This document shows positions 1-11,500 of a stretch of DNA of 64,000 bases, piece after piece; within the stretch, counting starts at the first letter, position 1, and each line of letters starts with the position of its first letter. The DNA comes from Vitrella brassicaformis CCMP3155. Its lineage: Eukaryota; Protista; Chromerida. The translations under genes and the position numbers were made by a program. Location of the stretch: NCBI GenBank assembly GCA_001179505.1, contig CDMY01000759.1, positions 186,001 through 250,000 on the forward strand, written 5' to 3'. The notes under the pieces are model-generated. The model ran no database searches and was not told where the DNA came from. It was given only the letters and a program-made list of their open reading frames with translations.

Positions 1-421
1 CTCTCTCTTTCGGGCCGGTCTCTCTCTCTCTCTGTGTCAGCAATCGCATGTGCACATCTACGATAGCTATGGGTGGCAGTCAAAGGAATTCACTGGCCAC
101 TTCTCCATCCATCCCTCCATCCCTCCATCCATCCATCCACACGACACACGACGCCCTTACGCACATCTCATGCGACGCAAGGCATGGACCTACCTACTTA
201 TCTACCTCTGTCTTGGGGAGGGGCGCTCCACTCCCACATTAGTTACACATACCGAAAAACCTGGAGTATTCCACCGATCATATCGACAACATATATACTC
301 ACGCGCACACACGCGGGCGGCAAACTCATTTGTCTGTCTGTCTGGCTGTGTGGCTGTGTGGGTGTGTGGGTGTGTGGGTGTAATGTTATGGAATTCCCAT
401 GCATCGTGTGTATCAGCTCAT

Positions 422-563
422 TCATTGTGTGCTGAGCTTGCAGGTGTCGATCTGCGCCCGCACAGACGGAATCAGCGTCCCCAGGTACTTGGCGCTCTCC
501 TTCATGTAGCGGGGCCGCTCCGGGGCGTCGAAGTCAACGTACTGCAGCCCAAACCTGCACACA

Positions 564-599
<36 letters not shown>

Positions 600-2213
600 C
601 CCATGCACACCCATGGGCNNNNNNNNNNNNNNNNNNNNNNNNNNNNNNNNNNNNNNNNNNNNNNNNNNNNNNNNNNNNNNNNNNNNNNNNNNNNNNNNNN
701 NNNNNNNNNNNNNNNNNNNNNNNNNNNNNNNNNNNNNNNNNNNNNNNNNNNNNNNNNNNNNNNNNNNNNNNNNNNNNNNNNNNNNNNNNNNNNNNNNNNN
801 NNNNNNNNNNNNNNNNNNNNNNNNNNNNNNNNNNNNNNNNNNNNNNNNNNNNNNNNNNNNNNNNNNNNNNNNNNNNNNNNNNNNNNNNNNNNNNNNNNNN
901 NNNNNNNNNNNNNNNNNNGGGGGGGGGGGGGGGGTAAGTGGATGTGTGTATGTGGCAGCCAGCACCTGAAAGAGTCTTTGAGGGTGATCTTTTGTTTCCT
1001 GGGGTTGGGCATGTACTCCTCGTTGACCGCCGACACGCCGTTCTCAGTGATGATGATCGACGGCGGATTATACCTACACACAACCGCCCGCAACCACACA
1101 ACCACACACGGGAATCCTTTCCCCCCTACCCCACTGCCCTCACACACAGATGCGCACCGGTTTTGGACGTATTTGAGCAGCTGGGCCACGCCGAATGGCG
1201 CGGGGTAAAGCCAAATGCTGGCTGCCTCTGGCCCGATGGGCACGCTGAAGCGCTCGTAGCTGCTGCCGTCCTCGTGGCTCTCGTAGAGGGTCGTGTACAT
1301 GTTGAGACCTGCACACACACATGCGCACAGAGAGAGACACAGAGAGACGTCTCTGTGTGTGTGTGGGGTGTGTGCGTAGGTACCGACCGAAGAAGTCGCT
1401 GGAGCCTTTGAGGAGCTCCTTCTCGGCTGGTGTGAACACCTGCCATGGACACACACAAGGGTGTGTGTGTGTGTGTGTGTGTGCAGAGACACAGACGTAC
1501 GGACCGGCATTTTCTTGCCCCATCGTGCTTTGAGCGTTTTGGGGTAGTCGCCCAGATAAATCTACACACCCACACAGACACGCGCAACAGACATTCAGAC
1601 GCACACACGCGCACACACGCATCATAATAAGCGGCCTTGACTCCTTGTGTCTGTTGTCTGGGACATACACACCGGGTCGGCGAACCAGCCGAGCTGTGAG
1701 TCGATGGCGCCCTGTGTGCGGGTGACGTCCTTCGGGTCAGAGGGGTTGTGCGGCACTCGCCACTCTGATCCATGTCATGTGTCGAAGCAAAGGCAGACAC
1801 GCGCATCACAGAGAGGGTGTGGTATGGTCTGTGTCTGTCGAGGATGCTTGGTCATGGCAGGGCATGGGATGGCAGCCTACCGTGGTTGAGAGTGATGCCG
1901 ATGCGCTTGCCCTTCCTTTGGTACTTGCTGCGGAACAGCTTCACTGCCTGATAGATAAGCACAGACACAACACCACACCACACACACCACACAGAGGAGG
2001 GGAGAAGTCAAGTGTGTCGACAGGCATTCTCGATTCGGTGGATGGATGGATGGATGGAAAATATGGACCTTGCCGTGTGCGAGCAGCACGTGGTGGCCGC
2101 ACTTGAGGTCGTCCGCCGTGGACTTGACGCCGGGCGCGTGAATGCCCAATTGGTACCCCAGCTTGCAGAAGACCCAAGGCTCGTTGAACTGAGTGATACA
2201 ATCAACGAACAGA

Positions 2214-2254
<41 letters not shown>

Positions 2255-2405
2255 GTTGGGGGGTTGTTGTGGGTGGGGGTGGGGTGGTGGCCATACGGTG
2301 ATGAAATCGTCAACATGGTCAATGAACTCGGAGAAGACCAAGTCGGCGTACTTCACGTAGGCGTCCACGACCGACTTCTCACGCCAATCCAAACCTCTGC
2401 ACACA

Positions 2406-2438
<33 letters not shown>

Positions 2439-5400
2439 GGAGAGAGAGAGAGAGGGAGAGAGAGAGAGACGTGTGTGTTGGGGTGCTTTGTGGGCAGGTG
2501 CTTACGCGGGAAGGTCCCAGTGGTAGAGTGTGACCAAAGGCTGCATCCCGTTCTCCTTGGTCGCCTTGATCACATCCTTGTAGAAAGCCACACCAGCCTA
2601 CACACACACACACATTCGCACACAGAGGGATGCGATGTGTCGCGTCGGTGTAAGCAATGAACGTGTGTTGTGCACCTGGTTTCTCTTGCCGTGTGGCATG
2701 AGCCGTGACCACGAGATCGAGAAGCGGAAGGCGTTGAAACCCGAGCCCTTCATCCGGGCCATGTCGCCAGCGTACTTGTGGAAGAAGTCACAGGCAACGT
2801 CACCCTGCACACACACACACACACACACAGACCCTGGTGTGTGTAGTGATGTCACTGTGTGGCTGGGGGGAGGGTCTGGCGTACTGTGTGTCCGTTGTGG
2901 GCCTTCTCGGCGTGTGTGAATTCGTCCCATATCGACGGCGCGCGGCCGCCCTTATTCCACCCGCCCTCAACCTAACCACACACACACACACAGACACACA
3001 CTCGCCGTAAATGTGTGTGTGATGTGATGTGGAGTGAGAGTGAGTGCCCACCTGGTAGGCAGCTGTAGCCGTGCCCCACATAAAGGGCTTCGCAATGCCG
3101 CTGCCCTCCACCTGTGTGTGAGAATGATGCAGACAGAGTGGGTGTGGGTGTGGATGCGCAGGTTAGCAGGGTGGTGAGCACCTGCCTACCTACCTTCTGC
3201 ACAGCCGTGGCTAGCAGCGGCAGGATGCCCTGCTCATACGGCATGTTTGGCGCCTTCGCCATGCCGTTGGGCTTGAGGAGGAGGTTGTCCGCGGCGGCAT
3301 TGCAGGACCACCCCTTCTTGACGCACTCGTGGACAGCCCTGATCAGGTGCTTGAACCAGTTTCCCGACTCCTGAATATGACATATGAGCACATTGATGGA
3401 CACGCGCGCCAAACTGTGTGTGCCTGTGTGTGTGTGTGTGGTTACCTTGATCTTTCGCTCCTTCTTGCTGTCGTCAGAGACGCTCATCAACCCCACCCTG
3501 ACAGACAGACACACAGACACACATCCACAGGCAGATGGAGGTGCGCACCCTGCACACCCTGCACACATACGTACTTGCCGCTGCTCATCTGCACGGCGGC
3601 CTTGGGCACGTCCACGAGCGACCAGGCGAACATGCCCCCCAGCCGGACACCGCGGTGCAGCGCCGCCATGGCCAGCTCAAACATCGTCATGTGATAGTAC
3701 CAAATCCTGATTCACCCACACAGACACACAGAGAGAAGGAGAGAGAGAGAGTGTGTGTGTTGGGAGTAGAGGGGGTGGGAGGGGGTACCTCTGTTGGTCG
3801 TTGAGGAGCGCCTTCTCTGGCAGATAGTCCTCCATGGCATTCACAAGGCCTGCGGCGTAACAATCAGACGACGGAATTCTGAATGCACTCCCCCCCCACC
3901 CAGACCAGACCCCCACCCACTGTCTCACCCATTTGTGTGACGAGAATCTCTTTAGGGTTGTATTCCTTCTGCAGCTGCTGCAGCGCCTTGCCCAGGGGGG
4001 CGTGCTCGATCGCCCGCAGCCACACAGACTGGTCGCTCGCCCCGCTGACATGCCAACGCACACACACACTCATCCACAGACTCATACTCATCCACACACT
4101 CGTCACGCAGTCAGTGGTGGGTACTTGAGTGTCCCATAGGTGGCGATGCCGACGAAGTCTGGCTTCGCGTCGGCCAGCAGTGTCTTCTCTTCGGCGGTGA
4201 GCCACCCACCGCCACCAGAAGACACCAGAGGCGAAACCGACGTGCGGAAGATCTGCATAAGAAAGAATGGTGACATGACGGCGCGTGTGGGTGTCGTGGG
4301 TGAGTGGTGGGTGAGTGGGGCTTACGGGGTCGAGGAAGGTCTGTTTCTGGAAGTCGAGTGCGTCCCGTCCTTGGTCGTCTTTTCCAAGGATTTCTGCCTG
4401 CAGACCTGTGTGTGTGTGTGTGTGTGTGTGTAGTGAGCGCACAACCATACACAAGTGTGCGTGCGTTCGTGTGTCTGTGTGTCGGTGTGTCTGTGTGGTG
4501 GGAGAGAGACCTACCACCTTGTGAGCACTCCGCTGCGCCCGACATGAGGACGTCGCCAATCTCACTCGCCGTGCGGCCCATATCGCTCGTCTGCCCTCAC
4601 ACTCACACACACACGCGCACAGAAGCGATGTGTCTGTGCTGCGTGTGCGTGTGTGTGTGTGGGTGGGTGGTAGAGTTTCCATGCCTTCAGGTAGCAGTTG
4701 TTGATCCCCTCCGGCGCGTCGGGCCCATCCGCCCTGTAAGTGAAGAAGAGGCAGCCGTCGTGGCCCTGGCAGGCCACGCGGCACTCGGCAGGAGACGCCG
4801 CGTGGACCTCAAACACATCTGAACCACACGCCCACAACCCACAGGCGCACAAGTGGGTTTGCGTGTGGGTGCTGGTGAGTGGGTTGGTAGGTACCATAGC
4901 CGTAGAAGTCGATGCCCTTTTCGATGCAGGCATCTTCGCCCGAGGGCTCTTGCAGCGCACGGAGGTACTCTGTCCACCGCACACACGGACAGAAAGAGCG
5001 TCTTGACGGTGTGTGATCTGTCTGTCTGTCTGTCTGTGTGTGGGGTCGTTTGCTCGCCTGTGGTCGTGTAGTTGGTCTCTTGCAGCCGCCTGCCCTTCCC
5101 CGCCGGATGGGCATATGGGTGGTCCGACGCTGCACACACACACACACACACACATCCACGGTCACTCATTGATATGGCTGCCGTTGTGTGTATGTTATTG
5201 CGGGTGTGGTGTACCGACCGAGGGACAGCGTGAATCCGATCTTCTTGCCGCCGCCGTCCTTGGGGGCCTTCTTCCGGTGCACATCTACCGCCTATATCGA
5301 CACGCAGATGTGTGTGCTGGTGCCTGGTTTGGGAGAGAGCCTGCGCCCCACCCACCCTTGCGTGTGCCAGCAGGAGCGACCGTGCGCACTTTTCGACGTC

Positions 5401-6744
5401 GCCCTCGCCGCCACGCACAAACGGGGGAACTGCACATCAAACACAACACACAGAGAGGTCGCGTGGGTGTGGTGTGGGTGCTGTCTGTGTGGCGTGTCTG
5501 GTGGCCATTTACTTGTGCCTTGGTGGTACCCAAAATGGCAGATGGCGTAGGGGTCGTGGATCTACGTAGTAACACACAATGGTCAACATGACTGAGTGCG
5601 TAACTGCGCGCAGGTGTGTCGTACGGTGATCCACGTGTTGACGGAGGGCAGGCCCGTGTACATGACCTCGGCAAAGGCCGCGAAGTCGTCCACAGTCGAC
5701 TTCACGCGCCAGTCCTTACCCCTAAACAACACACCACACCACACCACACCACACCACACACGCGCACACATGCATAGACACATCCGTATCTCTGTGCGCA
5801 CCCAACACGCCTCAAGCATACTGTGGCATGTCCCAGTGGTAGAGTGTGGCGATCGGCTCCATGCCGTTGGCCTTTATGGCCTTCACCAACCGCTGATAGT
5901 ACGAAACACCTGCACACAGGCGGCACAGGCGCCACATACGGGTGTGTGAGGCCATCGATCCATCCATCCACACCTTTGTGGTTGGGCTTGTTGTCTTTGG
6001 TCATGACTCGGGACCAGCTGATGGAGAAGCTGACGGATGGCGACAACGATACCACAATCAATGGGACACAGAGAGCGTGTGGTGCCTGCCCATTGGCACG
6101 TGTGTGTTGCCCTTTTCTCCTTCTCACTGGAAAGCGTCGAAAGCCATATCTTTAGCCTTGGCGATGTCCTGCTCGAACTTGTCGTGGAAGCCAGCGCCTT
6201 CACTCTGGCACACACGCCACACACACACACAGACGAGCAAACACCATCCACACCCCATGTGTGTGACGCTGACGCTACCCACGCCCACCGCACCGGTTTC
6301 CTGCCCGCCTTCTTGTCGGCCGCGTCCCACACGCTGTCGTGACGGCCATCACCAGACGAATGACCCTCCACCTGCAGAAGAAACACACACAATCACACAC
6401 AATCACACAATCACACAACACACAAAGTGCAAAACGCCCCGCCTGCCCCGACACACACACAACGACCCCCAGCGGTGCACCTGGAAAGCGACTGTGGAGG
6501 TGCCAAAGAGGAATTTCCGGCCCTCCTTCTTGCCCTTTTCCACGGCAGCGGTCAGTGCAGCCAGGAGGTTCTCCTCCGGCGGCAGGGCCTTGTCGTACTT
6601 GTGCCAGGGTTTGTTGACGAGGCCCTTGAGCGCCTCGTCGACGTGGCACTGGTGCGAAATCGCCGCTGGCCGGAAAGAAAGGGCGGCCAAAGGCGAGGAG
6701 GCCAGCAGGAGGAAAGGGAAACCAAAGGTCAGTTGGGGCTGCAT
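422..6744 (-). CDS. Secreted tandem glycoside hydrolase family 1 protein (two GH1 domains; first degenerate with PAN/Apple insert, second catalytically intact); multi-exon, one exon region lost in gap 619-918
   Basis: N-terminal hydrophobic leader from ATG 6744. Domain 1: [40 protein letters not shown]. The linker [10 protein letters not shown]...LLATAVQK splices in frame to domain 2: [38 protein letters not shown] (2177-2185), IIITENG (1040-1048), RFGLQYVDF, stop at 422. GT-AG introns restore the frame. Confidence 0.9.
619..918. other. Assembly gap (300 N)
   Basis: N run with poly-G on the right flank. Confidence 1.
4545..4960 (-). other. PAN/Apple-like domain inserted in GH1 domain 1
   Basis: Spliced exons give [13 protein letters not shown]...[29 protein letters not shown]...NNCYLK...MSGAAEC, the C-x3-C-x5-C-xx-FTY...CYLK pattern of PAN/Apple modules. 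Confidence 0.72.
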
Positions 6745-6824
6745 TGCTGATCAAAAAAGTGCCTGCGTACTATTGTTTCGTACCTCCGAGCTCTCTCTAT
6801 TCCTGCTTTGATTTTCCCTTTTAG

Positions 6825-8032
6825 GCGCACGTCTTTCCCGCCCTACTCCTTCAGCGGCCGCGTGTCGATTTCCGGCATCGACGACCGCCCCCTGACGCGC
6901 ATCAACTTCCCGGGTGGTTCTCTCGCTGATGTGCCCTTCCTCATCCCGACCCAAGGCAGCCAGCGCTCAGTCATGACACAAGACACCCTGCAGCGCAGCG
7001 GCCTTCAAGACCACTTCCATCCCTTCAGCGAGAGGGATGTTGTGATGCTGCTGGATGACAACAATCGCCCCATCACGCCTCTCGGTGCTGTCACGTTCCT
7101 CGCGTCAGCCAGTGCTCGAGCAGAAGATCGCCATCCCGTCACCTTCTTCGTGGTGCCGGGCTCACTGCTCAATGTCATTGGCGACGACTCCCTCAAAGCT
7201 GTGTCTGGCGGCGACCTCGTGGTGGTGGGACCAGACGGCGCTACAGGCGATGGGCAGTATTGCTTCCACGCCTTCTCCCCGCTGCCGGTCGTTGAGGCGT
7301 ATGCCGCGTGCTCGAAAGCAAGCTGGGGCGTCTACGTGGAGGGCTTTGTGCAGGACAGGTACCTGAGCGGGCTGGCAGCACAGCACACCTCATGTACCGA
7401 CCTCTCCTTTTGATTCATTTGCAGCGGTGTGGTGGATGGAGGCCAGACGAGCAACCGCGCCTCGCTGTGCGCCATCGTGAAGGCAATCAAGCACTGCTGG
7501 TACTGGTACGCCACACGCGCACAGACGCAATACGTCGCAGCCATATTGCTCGTCCTTCGTCTGGTGCGATTGTTGCGTTGCAGCGACGATGAGCGTCTGA
7601 GTTGCCGCCCTGCGGTGATCCACTCCTGCTCGGAGTACGCTGTTAGGTGTGCCGTCGAGTGGCTGCATAAGTGGCACACCGGATGGAGGAAGAGCGACAA
7701 GAAGGTGACATCACAGCTGCCACGGGGTGTTCCGGCTGGAGCCGTCATCATGGCAGCTTGTCTGTGTGTGTGGTGCCTTTGATTGCAGCCCGTGAAGAAT
7801 CGGGATCTCATCGAGGAGATCGATGAGCTGATACAGGTACACACACAGAATGCTCTTCCATCGACGTACATGACGCCGGACATACGGATGCCTTCCTCGA
7901 TCCTAGGTGAGGCAGGGGCAAATGGAGCCTGCCGCGCTGCAGTTTGTCCACGTGCGCGACGACGGCCCAGGAACCTCGCGGGCGAGGGGACTTGCACATG
8001 CTGTGCAGGGGGCTCCACATAGAAACACCTGA
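6825..8032 (+). CDS. Retropepsin-like domain fused to RNase HI-like domain, both apparently catalytically dead; start codon unresolved
   Basis: Exon 1: FLIPTQGSQRSVM...ITPLGAVTF...VTFFVVP...NVIGDDSL (retropepsin/DDI1-RVP-like layout). Later exons: GQTSNRASLCAIVKAI, VIHSCSEYAVRCAVEWLHKWHTGWRKSDKK|PVKNRDLIEEIDELIQ, LQFVHVRDDGPGTSRARGLAH, TGA 8030-8032, closely paralleling RNase HI (TNNRMEL, STDSQY, WKTADKKPVKNVDL). Canonical introns, e.g. 7359-7424. Confidence 0.68.
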
Positions 8033-8582
8033 CCGAATGTAATGTGGATGGCTTTTTGCTCCTTTGTTTCCATATTTGCCGTGGCCGGCCGGCCGGTGGC
8101 TGCTATAAATGTGAATGAGGCGATCGATGGGATCATGCAAATCGGTGCCGTCTACGTACTTACGTGTGCATGGATATGTGCATGGATAGATGGATGGAAG
8201 CCGCCGGCCATGCAGTGCGTGCCAGTGTACGCTCGAGATGAGGGTGGGCGTACATATATATACCGTTCGTTGTATACACTTTCTTCGGGTGAATGGATGG
8301 TTGGTTGGTTTACGCTCAGGACTGTGACGGTGAGACACTCTAAATGTTCATGCAACACTCAGAGTGTCTGCACACACACACACACATCTATCTCCAGCCA
8401 CCAACACAATGAACCTGCTGCTTAGATTTCGCCTCGGCGTGTGCCAAAAAGGAAATCAGCCATCAGTTATTCATCTTTCGATCAATCCATTCACCGTCAG
8501 TGTCATCAGCCACGCGCACACACGCAATGGACCGCCCATGTGTGTCTCTTTCTCTCTGGCTGTCTGTGTCTGTCTGTGTGCC

Positions 8583-11500
8583 TCATGGGTCATCGCTGTC
8601 TGGTATTGGCTGTGCGATTCGTTGGATGGTGAGTGCCATGAGTGTGGTGTGGCTGCGGGCACACACACTCTCGCGCGACGCGCCGCTCGCCATGCACTCT
8701 GCCGTCACCGATATGCTCTTGTCGTCCACTGTCACCTCACCACTCGCCTGCACACACACAACAGCCGCACATATGTGTCGTCCATCCATCCATCCATCCA
8801 TGTGTTGTGATGTGATGTGGGTGGGTGGGCCACCCAGTAGATTTGTCCTGCGGCCAACTTCTTGTGCTTGACAAACGACACGCCGTTCACCTGCACACAC
8901 ACACAAACACACACACACACACACATCGACAGGCTGCCCATGGTGCCGTCCTCACTGACTCAATGAATAAATGACTCACCTGGAGGTCGAATGACTGTTT
9001 GGTGGTGCCCTCCTTGTGTGTGTGTTGCGGTGCCAAAGTGGCGCACGGGCTGCCGATCTGGGCCTGCACGAGGTATCGTCCGGTCGGCAGCCCGGCCACG
9101 GTCCAGCTGTTGGGCGTGCAGTCGACTCGCTGCTCGCGGCACTCCTGCGTCTCGGGGGCCGGCGGGAAGGAAATTCCATAACTGTTGAGGGGGTCGGTCG
9201 CCGCTGCCGACTTGTGGGGGCAGTGCACGATGTTTCTGTGGGCGTCTCTTGTCCAGCCGAAGACTGGCGTGCCGACTTCAGCTTTGGTGGACCGCTCCTG
9301 GCCGTTGTCAGCGATGAAGCCGGCGGGAGTGGGGACGCCGCTGGGCTGGAACGAGAAGGCGAAGCTGATGGCGCCCTTTTGCTGTGCCGTCTTGATACAC
9401 GCGCGCCCCGGCACCCGACTGCCGCACGGCAGCACACACGAGGGGGCGGCACTCGGCCACTCGTACTTGAGCACCGCACCACTCTGACACACTCACACAA
9501 TGAATGACACACAGACGATGAGGTGAGGCGTCTCTTTCTCTGTGTGTGTGTGTTGATCGACCTGAGTGAGTTTGACGAGGATTTCCTTTTGCTGGTTGGG
9601 CAGCGTCGACACGGCGGCGATCTCTGCGGCCGCCCAGGTGCCGTTGGCCACTCTGACGTCTACCTGCATGCCTGCGGCGGGCTGGAAGGAGGGCGGCGGC
9701 GTGAGCGATTGAAAGGCCAGTGCATAGCCCGACGGGCCGCGAAGCGACGACACCCCGCGACGCGAGACGCCCTTGCTGAAGCCCTTTGGCTGCGGGCCGA
9801 CAATCGTCACGTAGAAGTCGCAGTGGCCACTCGAAGACGTCACGCCACACGCACCGCTGCAGTCAGTTAAGCAAAGACAGACAGACAAGAGAGAGGTGCG
9901 TGTGTGTCTGTGTGGTGTCTGTGTGTGTGTGTGGTGGGTTTAGGTGGTTGGGTGTGGTGACTTACCTGTGGATGGCGGCCTTGCAGAGGTTTGACTCGGC
10001 TGCGTACAGTCCGTCGCCGTACACCGATCCCTTGCGGGCGGCCAGACACTCGCTGACGGGCGGACAGGAGAAGGCGTACACCGACCCTTCCTCGACCGGG
10101 TGGACCTGACAATCAGTCACACATCACATCAAGTAGGTCAAGACACACACTCATCCATCGAATCGGTCAATCTATGTGGCTGTGTCTCCCTCTGTGTTAA
10201 TCGTTTGTGTGTGTGGCGTGGCGTGGCGTGCCTCGGGGATCTTCTCGAGTGTGGTTGTGCAGTCGATGTGATGGACGTGTGTGGGTGCGTTGCCACTGGC
10301 GGCCGTCTCGGGTGAGCATGGTGTGCCGATGAAGTCGAAGCTGCCGCCCGTGAACTGCCCGTGGCCGCTCATCGCCGTCACCGTCGCCGTCACGCGACGC
10401 GTCACGATCGGCCGCGGCAGTCGATAGTCGCGCACCGAGTTGCTCGAACGAATCGAAAACACCTGAAAGTCAAGACATAAGTAAGGAGAGTGTGTGATGT
10501 GACTGTCCATCAGTGTGTGTGTGCGTGTGCCTGTCCGGTCTCGTCGGGTTCGTCGGTGGTGGTGAGGCGGATCTCCGACGGACGGTTGACAAACGAGTCC
10601 AGCGGCTTGAACTAAGACACACACACAGAGAGAGCAATGGACTGACGTGTGTGTCTGTGTTTGGTGGCTCACTTTGAATTCGTTGATTTGCACGGGTTTG
10701 GAGAATTTGACAGTGATGCTCTCGTACACGCCGCCCGCGCCGACACTCGACCGCCACACGCCCAGCGGCCCGTCCGTGTGACGGCCACTCAGACCTGACA
10801 CACACACAGATGGATGGATGTGTGTGTGTGTGTGTGTCTGTTTGTGTCTGTGTGTGGCTGGCTGACCGTATTGGAAGCTGAAGTCGTCCCCGGCCTGCGA
10901 TGACGCCTCGCAGCCGGCGTAGGTGTCGCTGTTTGGCCGCGAGAGGACGACCGTCTCGCCCCCGCAGGCCTCCTCGCCCTTCGGCTGCGGCTGGTCGAAC
11001 AACAGCACGAAGGGCCGCGAGTGCGTCACGGCGAGGCCGACGTCGCCGGCCGGCGAATCCACATAGTGCACGCCCAAGATGCGCGAGCCGACGGCCCTGT
11101 CCGCCTCAGTGCGCCTGGGGCCCCTCGAGAGCAGGTGCAGGAGGTCGTCGGTCGCGTGGAAGTGCAGAGGCCGCTCCTCGCATGACGCCACGGGCAATGA
11201 CTCACCCTGAACCAATTCACATGGACGGATGGATGGATGTGTGTGGATGTGTGTGTGTGTACCGTTTGTGAGAGGACGAACAGCTTGGCGGGCATGTTGG
11301 TGGTCATTGTGAGTTTGGTGCCGACGGCCGGCGTGGCGTTGGTTCGGAGCATTCGCATGTTGACGTACTTGAGAGGCAAGTCCGCCAGCACTGTGGTGCT
11401 GTCGGCCATGAAGGCGGCCTCCCCGTTGGCGGCGTACCCGAGTTGCCACGTGGAGGGGTCGAAGCCGCTGAGCTTGAGGGCCGGGGGCGGGTTGGTCTTG

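Noticed and set aside
919-934. Poly-G/poly-C runs beside gaps as possible G-quadruplex or telomere-like elements
   Set aside because: They sit at contig ends and are best explained as homopolymers that broke the assembly; their true length is unknown.
50-1510. Long ORFs containing X runs (also at 19377-20767, 45555-47006, 52246-53113, 58318-60328)
   Set aside because: Artefacts of reading through 300-N placeholder gaps. The apparent M13-GNAT fusions across 59277-59576 are not real.
6808-8032. Active LTR retrotransposon
   Set aside because: No RT, integrase, gag or LTRs; catalytic residues are absent and spliceosomal introns are present.
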